Assembly (NCBI GenBank): GCA_945878555.1 | Contig: CAMDWI010000003.1 | Location: 148,287 to 212,286, forward strand | Reading direction: 5' to 3' | Origin: Klebsiella pneumoniae | Lineage (GTDB): Bacteria; Pseudomonadota; Gammaproteobacteria; Eutrophobiales; Eutrophobiaceae | Length of the DNA: 64,000 bases | In this document: positions 40,693-50,680 of the stretch, piece by piece | Layout of the letters: each line of letters opens with the position of its first letter | Position numbering within the stretch: the first letter of the stretch is position 1 | Position numbers and translations under genes: made by a program | Notes under the pieces: generated by a model | What the model saw: only the letters and a program-made list of their open reading frames with translations | Databases searched by the model: none | Told to the model about the DNA's origin: nothing

Positions 40693-42159
40693 CTAGATTA
40701 TCGTCCCACCAAGAAATCCAAGATTGGCCGGGTAATCCGGTCGGCCACCGGCGACACCGAAGTTTCTCAGGTTAGGGAGTAATGTTGTCAGCTCAATGTC
40801 ACTTACGCCAAACCAGCGTGCCAGTGTCGCGGCAAACTGGTCTACCGAGGTACTGGGTAACAAACGGCCCTGACCGACATGCCACTGATCATCCGGACTG
40901 GATGTGTCCGTAATGCTCACTGGTGGTGGTTTGCCATAAAATGCCGCGCCCTGCACGGCGCCACCGACCACCAGATGATGTGAGCCCCAGCCATGATCCG
41001 AACCATCACCGTTGATGGACAGCGTGCGTCCGAAATCAGACGCCGTGAACGCGGTTACCTGGTTGGCCACACCGAGTTCGACAGTGGCATGATAAAATGC
41101 CGCCATCGCCTGATCGACCTGTTGCAACAGTGGTGCATGACGCGTGCCGAGATAGTCGTGCAGATCAAAACCGCCCAAGGACACCATGAACACCTGTCGC
41201 TTTGCTCCCAGCGTAGTACGCGCACCAATCAGCTGGGCCACAGTGCGTAACTGGCCACCCAGACTGGTTGCCGGAAACGGGGTGGTCAGGTTCACCGTGG
41301 AAAAACCCTGGTTGACGCGTGTTGCTGCTGTCATGCTGTTACGCATGATCAGGTTGTATTCATTTTCCAGCAGATGCGTGCGTTGTTGTTGCAACATACT
41401 GGTGAATGCGGTTCGCATTTCAGCGGACCCGAAAAAGCTGCTGGTCGCCGCATCAACCAGTATGGCCGACCCGGTACTGCTGACCTGATATTGACGGGCC
41501 GCCACACCTGACAGGAACACATTATTACCAGTCACACTGATACAGGTGAACAACGGGTCGGTATTATTGCCGATAGCAAGATCGCCGATCTTGCCGCCCC
41601 AACCGAGTGTTGCACCTTCGGGTGCAAACGACTGCCAGGTGGATTGCTGGTCATTATGCGAGAACAGTTTGGCCGGTAAGGGGTAGTTGCGAAAGTCCTG
41701 CAATTTGTACTGGGCACGTGTCAGCGGGACAATCAACGGTCCGACATTCAACTGCACTGCCGCCTTGCCGGAGTTGAACAGTCCGGCGAGCCCGGTCATT
41801 TCCGGATGCAGTGCGTATTTGCGGCCGCCAGCCAGCGGCACGGTCGGAAGCAACTCGGTAGCTGCAAGATCTGTTTTCTGCATGACTACCGGTGAGGTAT
41901 TCGAACCGGCACCCGCCCCGCGTATGGCCAGATACTGCGCATAACTGGTGTCGTCATAGTTCACGACCGTATTGGCATAATCATTTCCGCCAAACAGGAA
42001 CACACAGACCAGCGCCTTGTAGTCAGACGCGCTGAATGCGGCGGCCTCACCCATCGCTGCCATATTGATCATCCACGGCGCCGCCATACTGCCCATGGCA
42101 AGCTGGGCGGAGCGGCCCAGGAATTTACGGCGAGTGATAGAGTCCTTGTCGTGTTTCAT
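40693..42159 (-). CDS. DUF1501 protein (sulfatase/alkaline-phosphatase-like fold) with a Tat signal
   Basis: Tat motif TRRKFLGRSA. It follows DUF1800 after a 9-nt gap. The start is trimmed to the Met before the Tat motif. Confidence 0.75.
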   Translation of the reverse strand: MKHDKDSITRRKFLGRSAQLAMGSMAAPWMINMAAMGEAAAFSASDYKALVCVFLFGGNDYANTVVNYDDTSYAQYLAIRGAGAGSNTSPVVMQKTDLAATELLPTVPLAGGRKYALHPEMTGLAGLFNSGKAAVQLNVGPLIVPLTRAQYKLQDFRNYPLPAKLFSHNDQQSTWQSFAPEGATLGWGGKIGDLAIGNNTDPLFTCISVTGNNVFLSGVAARQYQVSSTGSAILVDAATSSFFGSAEMRTAFTSMLQQQRTHLLENEYNLIMRNSMTAATRVNQGFSTVNLTTPFPATSLGGQLRTVAQLIGARTTLGAKRQVFMVSLGGFDLHDYLGTRHAPLLQQVDQAMAAFYHATVELGVANQVTAFTASDFGRTLSINGDGSDHGWGSHHLVVGGAVQGAAFYGKPPPVSITDTSSPDDQWHVGQGRLLPSTSVDQFAATLARWFGVSDIELTTLLPNLRNFGVAGGRPDYPANLGFLGGTII

Positions 42160-42167
42160 CTTCTGGC

Positions 42168-43856
42168 CTATTTCTGGATCAGATATTCCGCACTGGCCAT
42201 CACAAACAGAATGGCCTTGGCGATATAGTTGCGTTTGGTAGTGTCCGTGCTTGACGTTGTGCTGCGGTCTGCACCCAACGCCGTGACGATCAGGCTGACG
42301 GTGGCAGGAGAGAGTTGCCCGGCACACAGTATCCGGTTGAGGCGATCAACGAGCGCCGACGGATTTCCAACCAGGGTGAGTTCAGTGGTATAGGCAGGCA
42401 CAATATCAAAACCCAGACCGCTGATGGATATGCCCCGACTCAGGATGCCGTCAAGATAGTTGATGTAAGATGGCGCTGTGGTCTCGTTGATCAGCTGGAA
42501 CTCCGGCGCGGTAGCGCGTGCGAGCGCCAGCGGCGGGCTTGAAGGTACATAACCCGGTCTGAAGAAGTTGAAGACCGAAGGCGCTTGTAACGGACTTTGT
42601 CCCAGCGAGTTTGCCGCCGAGAGGTTCCCGAGCTTCCAGGTACCGCTGATGGAGCTTACCTCGAAGGTGTGCGCCCACTGGGCAATCCGCACCATCGGTT
42701 CCCGTAATTTGCCGAATGTGGATGACTCCTGACTGGCCGAACTGTTCGCCTCGCTGTCCAGCAGGATGGCGCTGAAAACGGCCGCCAGATCGCCGCGTAC
42801 TCCCTGGCCATTATTATTAAAGACACTGGCCACCCGCGCCACGTATTCCGGGGAGGGATCACTGGTCACCAGGCGCTGGATCATCTGCCTGCCGAAAAAC
42901 GGACCCACATTCGGATGCATGAACAGTGTATCGAGTGCGATCCGCAGGGCCACCGTGCCGTCGGTACCGGCCGCGATTTGGGTGCCCAGGAAATTCACCT
43001 CCAGTAAAGAATGGCGTGTCGGGTTCAGAACCATGCGCCGACGTGCATAACCGACATTGCGGATCCGGTTACTCAAACCTGCAGGTGTAAAAAACCCCTC
43101 GGAATCATCTGACTGATAACCGGTAAACACACGCGCCAGATTGGATACATCTGTCTGGGTATAACTCTCTTCGGGTTGACCGTTACTGCCGATAATGGCG
43201 GTACCATCTATATTCAGGTTGAGTAGTCCAATGCTGAAAAGCTGCATGACCTCGCGTGCGTAATTCTCATCGGGTACCCGGCCTGTCACGGCATTTTCTT
43301 TCTGGTTACCCATCGTATTAAGAAACTCACCCATTGCGACGTTCAGTGTGATTTCTTCCAGCAGGGTACGGTAGTTACCAAACGCATTATTTGCAAGCAC
43401 ATCCCAGTAGGCCGCCATGGCAAATTGTGGCCAGTTCAATTGAACACCGGCCGTACCAACAACGAAGAATTCAGACAAAGCCAGCGCTATACGTTGCCTG
43501 ACACCGTCCGGCGCAGCCATGATCCTCTGCCAGGCCATGTAGTTCGCCTGGGTGCTGTTGTTGTAGTTATTTGAATCGGTAGCAGAATAACCCTGTGCTG
43601 TCAGCCAGTCCCATGCGCTCTGCGACGGGGGTAAGGACATCTGCTGGCTCAGCCAGGTCTGCGCACCCAGAGTGCGTACCGCAGATATTTCATTTTCGGT
43701 GGAGGAAAACTGGGCCCGTTGCAGAAACCGGGCAGAGGCGAGGTCGATTTGTTGTATCTGTTCCGCTGTTAATACAGTGGCAGCGGGCACCGCTTCTTCT
43801 TCTCCTCCACCCCCCCCTCCTCCGCAAGCGGTGAGCAATGCAGCCGTTCCGCTCAT
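42168..43856 (-). CDS. DUF1800 lipoprotein
   Basis: Lipobox LLTAC followed by a poly-Gly and Glu linker. It is the conserved partner of DUF1501. Confidence 0.7.
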   Translation of the reverse strand: MSGTAALLTACGGGGGGGEEEAVPAATVLTAEQIQQIDLASARFLQRAQFSSTENEISAVRTLGAQTWLSQQMSLPPSQSAWDWLTAQGYSATDSNNYNNSTQANYMAWQRIMAAPDGVRQRIALALSEFFVVGTAGVQLNWPQFAMAAYWDVLANNAFGNYRTLLEEITLNVAMGEFLNTMGNQKENAVTGRVPDENYAREVMQLFSIGLLNLNIDGTAIIGSNGQPEESYTQTDVSNLARVFTGYQSDDSEGFFTPAGLSNRIRNVGYARRRMVLNPTRHSLLEVNFLGTQIAAGTDGTVALRIALDTLFMHPNVGPFFGRQMIQRLVTSDPSPEYVARVASVFNNNGQGVRGDLAAVFSAILLDSEANSSASQESSTFGKLREPMVRIAQWAHTFEVSSISGTWKLGNLSAANSLGQSPLQAPSVFNFFRPGYVPSSPPLALARATAPEFQLINETTAPSYINYLDGILSRGISISGLGFDIVPAYTTELTLVGNPSALVDRLNRILCAGQLSPATVSLIVTALGADRSTTSSTDTTKRNYIAKAILFVMASAEYLIQK

Positions 43857-44065
43857 TAAAACCCAGCGGTTATCTGAAGTTTCGTCGGTTTGCTTTTCGA
43901 CCTGAATGCGTGTGTCCACGTCAGTACTGTGTCCGGTATCGGGATTATGTTTTACGCTACTCCAATTCCTGCGCGGGCGAAACGGGTGCTTGCAGATTAT
44001 TCTGGAATTGTGAACTGATCTATGAGTTCGGCCAGCCGTTAGTTCGGTCGTAGTGCAGGCTTATG

Positions 44066-44563
44066 CTACAAGATGAAGCTGACAGACCCGAGTGAGCCAA
44101 GTTCGTGTGCATCAATGAGCACGCGCCGTTCCCGGATTCGAAAGGAATTCCCCATGATAATCAGACGGTAACGAAATGCCCCGACATATTCACGTACGCG
44201 TTCATGACGACGAAAACGGTAACAGACGAAGTTAGCGGCAACAGTGAGTTCATCGCCACTACGGTCTATGATCCTGATATTGTTGATCATCCTGCGTGTG
44301 CGTGACGGAGGAGACTCGGCATGGCAGTTCGGGTCGAGTATGCGGATGACACGCTGCCGGATACGTTCGCGATCATCGGCGATGGTGAACAGGGTATTGC
44401 GGTGGTCCCCGTCGGGCTGGTCATTCGGCGGGACGTAATAGGTCGCGTCGTCGGTTAACAGCGCCTCCCATTCGTTCAGTCGCCACTCGTCCAGCAGCGC
44501 GGCCTCGTGGTAGAGGAAACTCTGGACGTCCTCGTAGCGAACATTCTGTGCCAGGTTGACCAT
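44066..44563 (-). CDS. Aromatic ring-hydroxylating dioxygenase beta (small) subunit
   Basis: 165 aa with a SnoaL-like fold. It overlaps the alpha subunit stop by 1 nt. Confidence 0.8.
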   Translation of the reverse strand: MVNLAQNVRYEDVQSFLYHEAALLDEWRLNEWEALLTDDATYYVPPNDQPDGDHRNTLFTIADDRERIRQRVIRILDPNCHAESPPSRTRRMINNIRIIDRSGDELTVAANFVCYRFRRHERVREYVGAFRYRLIIMGNSFRIRERRVLIDAHELGSLGSVSFIL

Positions 44564-45870
44564 TATTCGGTTCTCATCATTGCGTTCCAGTGGCGCCAGA
44601 ACGTACGCAGGTGGTGTTCATCACTGTTCAGTTGTTCCTCGACCGGTTTGCCCATGCCGCGGGACATATCCGACCAGCGTACCTCGCGCCAGTTGGTAAG
44701 ACCTTGCTGAACCAGTTCCAGCGCCTCGACATCATCCGGTGTGGCAAAGCCGCCCGGGCCGTAGAAGGTCAGGAAGGCATCCAGACGGCGTGCCCGTGCC
44801 GCCTCGTCTTCATCAGCGGTGCCAAGGGCCCAGGCCGTTACATGCATCTTTCCGGCGCCATCCGGGAAAAACGTGCGTACCGTGACAGACGAGCCGTCGT
44901 TAATAACCAGATTCGGAAAGATGACCAGATTACGGTTCGTATCCGCCACGCGCTGGGCCCGCTCGGTCCCGAGTCGTTGCACCAGTTCCTCGCGTATCGC
45001 CGCGATCTGCGGTCTGGCCTCTTCCCCATACAATGGTATCCATGCAGCGACCGGCCGACCGCGGAAATTCTGGTTATCGGTCGTGAAGTGTCCGTTGCCG
45101 AGTGCAATCGCCAGGCCATGACTTGGCAGCACCTGACCTTTTGCGGTGGGCGTCTGTAGCTTTACTCCGGAATTGACCATGAATTTCAGCCAGGTTGAGT
45201 GCGTGGTTGGCAGGTGATAATCATCCACGCTGTTCTCAACCAGCAGTTTCCAGTTGGCGGCAACATCATATTCCTGCGTGCCGGATATGATCTCCATCTT
45301 GCCGGACGGGGATTGATCAATGACGAGATCGATATAGGCGGTTGCCTCTGCGAGATAATCCACGAGTGACGGGGCCTCTGGATCCAGGCACATAAACCAG
45401 AAGTCGCGATAACTCTCGAAGCGCGCCGGGCTGCGCAGGCCGAGTGTGTTCCGATCAAAGTCGCCGGTGTAGGCATCATCACCAGGCAGACCCGCGAGCC
45501 GTCCGTCGGTAGCATACGACCATCCGTGATAGATGCAGCGAAACAGTCGCGTGTTTCCCGCACGTTCGGTGCAGACAATCGCACCACGGTGTCGGCAGGT
45601 ATTGAAAAAACAGCGTATCTCGTCTGAGGGGCTGCGGCAGAATATCACCGGTCGTCCGGCGACATTACGTGACAGAAAATCCCCCGGTTTTTTCAGCTCC
45701 GAGGAATGGCCGACATAGATCCAGCAGCGGTTGAAGATGCGGCTGATCTCCTGTTCGAGTATGTCTTCAGACACATACGCGAGGCGGTCCAGCAGGAATG
45801 TCTTACGGTCCGGGTCATCAACGATATACATTAAAAGTGCTCCACGCATTCCGGCGTCCCGATCGCTCAA
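44563..45870 (-). CDS. Rieske non-heme iron oxygenase alpha subunit
   Basis: Rieske motif CRHRG...CIYHGW and a C-terminal catalytic domain with His and Asp iron ligands. Confidence 0.85.
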   Translation of the reverse strand: MSDRDAGMRGALLMYIVDDPDRKTFLLDRLAYVSEDILEQEISRIFNRCWIYVGHSSELKKPGDFLSRNVAGRPVIFCRSPSDEIRCFFNTCRHRGAIVCTERAGNTRLFRCIYHGWSYATDGRLAGLPGDDAYTGDFDRNTLGLRSPARFESYRDFWFMCLDPEAPSLVDYLAEATAYIDLVIDQSPSGKMEIISGTQEYDVAANWKLLVENSVDDYHLPTTHSTWLKFMVNSGVKLQTPTAKGQVLPSHGLAIALGNGHFTTDNQNFRGRPVAAWIPLYGEEARPQIAAIREELVQRLGTERAQRVADTNRNLVIFPNLVINDGSSVTVRTFFPDGAGKMHVTAWALGTADEDEAARARRLDAFLTFYGPGGFATPDDVEALELVQQGLTNWREVRWSDMSRGMGKPVEEQLNSDEHHLRTFWRHWNAMMRTE

Positions 45871-45961
45871 ACAGATCGGAAAATGTCATAATTTTATCTA
45901 TGCCGGAAATGATAATATTAAAGTCCGAAATAAGATATCCCTTTACCTATGTGAGGTGCCT

Positions 45962-46936
45962 GTGTCCAACCTGTCGTTGAAGATAGCATTCTGGAATTAT
46001 GACCGTACCCGGGCATTGATCGATGGTCGGGTACGCCCACAAGGGATCGATCTGGATATTCATGTGCTGCGTCCACGCGTCATGTTTCCGCGTATGCTCG
46101 ACCATCAGGAGTTTGATGTTTCAGAGTTGTCACTTGCGTCTTATGCTGCATTGAAGGCGCGGGGGAACTGCCCGTTTATCGCGATACCGGTCCCGGTGTC
46201 ACGCTTCTTTCGTCATTCCTGTATCTATGTGCGTGCCGATGCCGGTATCCATGAGCCGCGCGACTTGATAGGAAAACGTGTTGGTACCACCCAGTACGGC
46301 TCCACCGCTGCGACCTACATGAAGGGCTTGCTGCAGGATGAATATGGTGTCAAGACATCCGATATGCACTGGTTCATGGGTGGTTTGACCACGCCAACAC
46401 AGGTGCCACTGATCCCGCTCGAATTGCCATCAGCGATCCGGATTGAATTTCTCAAGATGGGCCAGACGCTGGAGCAGATGTTGCTTGATGGAGAACTGGA
46501 CGCCTTGTTCTCGATCTATCTGCCCTCTGTCTTCGTGCAGGGCTCACCGCGTATCAAAAGACTGTTCCCTGACTTCAAACTGGCAGAGCAGGATTATTAT
46601 CGCCGCACCGGCATATTTCCGATCATGCACACTATCGTGTTGCGCGATGAAATCCATCAGGCCCATCCGTGGGTCGCCGCCAGTATGTACAAGGCGTTCT
46701 GCGAGGCCAGAGATGTTGCCATTGATCAGTTATACGACACCGACGCGCTACACCTTACATTGCCCTGGCTGATCGATCATGTGGAAGAGGCCTGGCGCGT
46801 GCTCGGCAAGGACTACTGGGCATATGGATTGGCGCCTAACCGTGCGACGATAGACGCTCTCGGGCGCTACGTACACGAACAGGGCCTGGCCCCGCGTGCC
46901 GTTCGCGCCGATGAGCTGTTTCTGGATCTAGCGTAA
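45962..46936 (+). CDS. NMT1/THI5-like periplasmic-binding-fold protein annotated in databases as 4,5-dihydroxyphthalate decarboxylase-like
   Basis: Divergent from the dioxygenase operon. The start is a candidate GTG after an AGGTG ribosome-binding site. The family assignment rests on recalled similarity only. Confidence 0.5.
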   Translation: MSNLSLKIAFWNYDRTRALIDGRVRPQGIDLDIHVLRPRVMFPRMLDHQEFDVSELSLASYAALKARGNCPFIAIPVPVSRFFRHSCIYVRADAGIHEPRDLIGKRVGTTQYGSTAATYMKGLLQDEYGVKTSDMHWFMGGLTTPTQVPLIPLELPSAIRIEFLKMGQTLEQMLLDGELDALFSIYLPSVFVQGSPRIKRLFPDFKLAEQDYYRRTGIFPIMHTIVLRDEIHQAHPWVAASMYKAFCEARDVAIDQLYDTDALHLTLPWLIDHVEEAWRVLGKDYWAYGLAPNRATIDALGRYVHEQGLAPRAVRADELFLDLA

Positions 46937-46959
46937 ACTGCGACCGGTTTAAGCGCTGA

Positions 46960-48909
46960 TTATTTACTATATTCTCCAATCACATCGGTTTTAGCCTTCT
47001 CGATATACCACAGCTTCGCCTCGGGCGTCAGCAGTCCATCAGCGTGTAATGCAGTGACCACACCGGTGACACACTCGACATAACGCTCACGGGTCAGGTT
47101 TTCATATGGGCGCAATACACCGGTCTTTTTTCCTTCCCGATAACGCTGGTGCCAGACCTGCTCAATGGTCGGGCGCGTATCGCGTTGACCGCTGTCTGTC
47201 ATATCGACCAGAAAGCCTTCACGATTCAGCGGCTCCAGCCATTCATCCTGGAAACCCGGTGGACGGTCCTGGTTTGCATTGATCTGTGGACGCAGTTCGG
47301 TCAGGAACGGCACAAACAAGGCCGGACTGGAGCCGACGGCGGTACCGTCCGGGCGGTTCATATAGGTGCGGAACACGCCTCGTGGGCAGGCAGTTTCGGG
47401 CATCTGTATCGCCGGACCGGCCTTCTTATCCACATCCCATACATCAACCGCATCAACGCGGGTCTCCGGTGGTTTCTTCCCGGTCCTGACCCAGTCTACC
47501 AGTGCCTGTTCCAGCGCGATTGCCACACCGCCGATGTCGACCATGTCCTTGGCGAGCTCGGGATGACGTCTGGCCTCGGCCGTGGCGTCTGCGTGACTGA
47601 CGTCGGCTATCTCGTAGGATTTCCAGATGTCGCCGAGGCCCTTCTCTACATTCAAACGGGCGTTCTCGCGTTTGTAGTTGGCATAGGTCGGATACACCCT
47701 CTCGAAGATCTGCGGCACGGTCGATGTGTTGCCACCGGCGTAGGCGGCATGTATCACCTCAATAACCGGGCTCATGAAACGACGCTGGTTCGCATCAAAA
47801 CTGAGCTGGTCGGTCTCGGTTGGTTGCAACCGGAATGCACCGGTCTCATCGACCACTGTCGCATCCCAGAAGTAGGTGGGGGCGCCGCGACCACCTGCAC
47901 TGTCGTCCAGATAAAAGCCATCGAACAGTTTCTTGCCCGCATGATCGGTGTTCATGCCACGCACGATCAGAAACGCCCTGCCTGACGCCCCACCTGCGGA
48001 ATGGCCACGGAAGAACAGATACTCCGGTGGCTTGCCCAGTTGCTCGATCACGTAATTACGGCTGATCACGGTGTAATCGCGGATCAGCCCGAGGTTATTA
48101 TTCAGGCCCATTACCTGTGTACCCGGTATACCCATCTCGGTACCGTCATCCAGCAATACGGTGTTCGAGACCGGATCGGTCGTCTTGACCAGGTCTTCCT
48201 CATTACCGGTGGCATCGCGGCGGGTCCATATCACTGCCGAGCCCATATCCATTAACGCACCAGCCGACTCACTTGCCTCGGTATAGCGATTAAACTTGCC
48301 CGGCTCCCGTGGGAAGAATTGCAAGGCAGGGTAGCGGGAGGCACCGTGTACCAGCACCCACATATTGCCGTTCCAGTCGGCCGCATTCTGCGGGATCAGG
48401 ATCTCGACACTGGACGGTGTCTTATCGGCATAGCGATAACGCGCCACACCCGGCACATACGGTCCCATATTGCCCCGGGCCTGCATGATGAATACCTGAT
48501 CATCAAACGTGTTCTCGCGACCTTCGCCGTCGACACCGGTACCAATCGGTGGTAGCAGGCGTGAATTTCGTGGCATATAGCCGAAGACCGTGCCATGGAT
48601 CGCCATCGTAATCTGCCGGTAAGCCACACCGTGCACATTTTTAATGATCTTCTCTTCGACGATGCTGCATCCTTCTGGACCGACCATCCGTTGCTCAACC
48701 TCTCCCGGACGTGGGCCGGCCATCGCTGAGTTCCAGTCCTCTTCCGGCATCTCCGTAGGTGCCATGTACTGGGCCAGGTATTTACAACCCTCCTGCGCCA
48801 TTACATTGCCGGAAATCAGGCAGGCAATGAACATACTTGCACAAGGCAATACAGACCATAACAGACGTTGACGCAGTCCATTAATGTCGAGATTCTGAAA
48901 TCTGGTCAC
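46960..48909 (-). CDS. Large secreted hypothetical protein with an alpha/beta-hydrolase nucleophile elbow
   Basis: A signal peptide and a GHSAG pentapeptide (GxSxG) in FFRGHSAGGASG. No confident family assignment. Confidence 0.5.
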   Translation of the reverse strand: MTRFQNLDINGLRQRLLWSVLPCASMFIACLISGNVMAQEGCKYLAQYMAPTEMPEEDWNSAMAGPRPGEVEQRMVGPEGCSIVEEKIIKNVHGVAYRQITMAIHGTVFGYMPRNSRLLPPIGTGVDGEGRENTFDDQVFIMQARGNMGPYVPGVARYRYADKTPSSVEILIPQNAADWNGNMWVLVHGASRYPALQFFPREPGKFNRYTEASESAGALMDMGSAVIWTRRDATGNEEDLVKTTDPVSNTVLLDDGTEMGIPGTQVMGLNNNLGLIRDYTVISRNYVIEQLGKPPEYLFFRGHSAGGASGRAFLIVRGMNTDHAGKKLFDGFYLDDSAGGRGAPTYFWDATVVDETGAFRLQPTETDQLSFDANQRRFMSPVIEVIHAAYAGGNTSTVPQIFERVYPTYANYKRENARLNVEKGLGDIWKSYEIADVSHADATAEARRHPELAKDMVDIGGVAIALEQALVDWVRTGKKPPETRVDAVDVWDVDKKAGPAIQMPETACPRGVFRTYMNRPDGTAVGSSPALFVPFLTELRPQINANQDRPPGFQDEWLEPLNREGFLVDMTDSGQRDTRPTIEQVWHQRYREGKKTGVLRPYENLTRERYVECVTGVVTALHADGLLTPEAKLWYIEKAKTDVIGEYSK

Positions 48910-49098
48910 GAGCTCTCCTTATTAATATAAATCTGCCAAAGAGTTTCCCGGATGTACGCATTATTGTCAATTGACAGCAAATCCCGGTAGTGGCCAAGTG
49001 TGTCATCACTAGCGTAGCCGAGGAACTTTTTTGGTGTACGATCACGGTCTGAGAGGGCCACAGAAAACTATCCATCATCATTATCGGAACTATTATCC

Positions 49099-50517
49099 AT
49101 GACAACTCTTTCTGACGACCGTCGCTGGCTGGCCCTGATTATCCTGTGCCTGGGCGATCTGATGATCGTGCTCGACTCGACCGTCGTCAACGTCGCGCTG
49201 CCGTCCATCAAGGCGGACCTCGGCTTTAGCGAAACAACACTGGTCTGGGTCGTAAACGCCTATCTGCTGACCTATGGCGGTTTGTTGCTGCTCGGAGGAC
49301 GGCTCGGTGACTATTATGGCAACCGGCGATTGTACCTGATCGGGGTTGTGTTGTTCACACTCGCCTCGTTGGGTTGTGGTCTCGCGCAGACGCAGCCTAT
49401 GTTGATCGTGGCGCGTGCAATCCAGGGTATCGGCGGGGCGATAGTGTCTGCGGTGGCACTCGCGTTGATCATGAACATGTTTACCGATGATGCAGACCGC
49501 GCAAAGGCGATGGGGATCTTCGGTTTTGTGATGGCCGGTGGCGGATCGATCGGTGTGTTGCTCGGGGGCCTGATCACCGGCGCGTTCAGCTGGCACTGGA
49601 TATTCCTGATCAACATACCGGTCGGCATCCTCGTTTATATACTCAGTATCATGCTGATAACACCTGATGCCGGTCGGGCGAATGGTCGTCTTGATATCGC
49701 GGGGGCAGCTACGATTACCCTGTCGCTGATGCTGGCGGTTTACGCGATCGTCAATGGCAATGAAACCGGCTGGCTGGCAGGGCAGACGGTGATCATGCTG
49801 ATCTCATCCGTGTTGCTACTTGTGATTTTTCTTTTGATCGAATCCAGGGTGAAAGACCCGTTGATGCCGTTGACCCTGTTTCGGTTACGCAATGTTTCTG
49901 TTTCCAATGTAATCAGTGTGTTATGGGCCGCCGCGATGTTCGCCTGGTTTTTTATCTCCGCACTCTATCTGCAACAGGTGCTCGGTTATACACCGATGCA
50001 GGTTGGGCTTGCGTTTCTACCGTCGAATCTGATCATGGCCGCCTTCTCCCTCGGGTTGTCCGCCAGGGTAGTCATGCGTTTCGGTCTGCGACTGCCCATT
50101 GTGATCGGCCTGACCTTGTCCGCCATTGGCCTTGGCCTGTTCTCGGTATCACCTGTCGACGGCAGTTTCATGTTGCATGTATTACCCGGTATGCTGCTGC
50201 TCGGCATCGGTACCGGACTCGCCCTGAACCCGGTCCTGCTTGCGGCGATGAGCGATGTCGGGCCGGAGGAATCCGGCCTGGCCTCCGGTGTGGTCAATAC
50301 CGCGTTCATGATGGGTGGCGCGGTCGGCCTGGCCGTGCTGGCCAGTATGGCCGGCGTGATCACTGGCGAGTTGCTGGCCGGTGGCGCCGGTACCGCCGAG
50401 GCATTAAACGGCGGCTATCAGCTGGCCTTCCTGCTCGGCGCATTGTGTGCCGCTATTGGTGCCATCCTTGGAGTGTTGCTGCGCCCAGGTCAGACCCAAG
50501 AGGGCGCCATCCACTGA
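49099..50517 (+). CDS. MFS drug/H+ antiporter, DHA2 family (14 TMS)
   Basis: 472 aa with MFS motif A GRLGDYYGNRR and 14 predicted helices. Confidence 0.85.
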   Translation: MTTLSDDRRWLALIILCLGDLMIVLDSTVVNVALPSIKADLGFSETTLVWVVNAYLLTYGGLLLLGGRLGDYYGNRRLYLIGVVLFTLASLGCGLAQTQPMLIVARAIQGIGGAIVSAVALALIMNMFTDDADRAKAMGIFGFVMAGGGSIGVLLGGLITGAFSWHWIFLINIPVGILVYILSIMLITPDAGRANGRLDIAGAATITLSLMLAVYAIVNGNETGWLAGQTVIMLISSVLLLVIFLLIESRVKDPLMPLTLFRLRNVSVSNVISVLWAAAMFAWFFISALYLQQVLGYTPMQVGLAFLPSNLIMAAFSLGLSARVVMRFGLRLPIVIGLTLSAIGLGLFSVSPVDGSFMLHVLPGMLLLGIGTGLALNPVLLAAMSDVGPEESGLASGVVNTAFMMGGAVGLAVLASMAGVITGELLAGGAGTAEALNGGYQLAFLLGALCAAIGAILGVLLRPGQTQEGAIH

Positions 50518-50680
50518 TTCCAAAATGCCCTGTCTTTGTAAAATCATACGCTTAGGAATCCGACGACCCGGGTCAGACGATACTACTAAAATTGAAATAT
50601 AGGGATTGTTTGATCTGGCTCAAGTTATTTCGTAGACCTCAAACTATACTGAAACTGGTCTTATACATTGCTATCAGGAG

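Noticed and set aside
47149-47985. 278-aa plus-strand ORF antisense to the secreted hydrolase-like gene
   Set aside because: It is a typical spurious long antisense frame in GC-rich DNA. The minus-strand gene has a signal peptide and coherent composition.
49923-50555. 210-aa Arg-rich alternative-frame ORF inside the MFS transporter gene
   Set aside because: It is an out-of-frame overlap with a 14-TMS transporter and has the Arg, Pro and Gly bias of frame-shifted GC-rich sequence.
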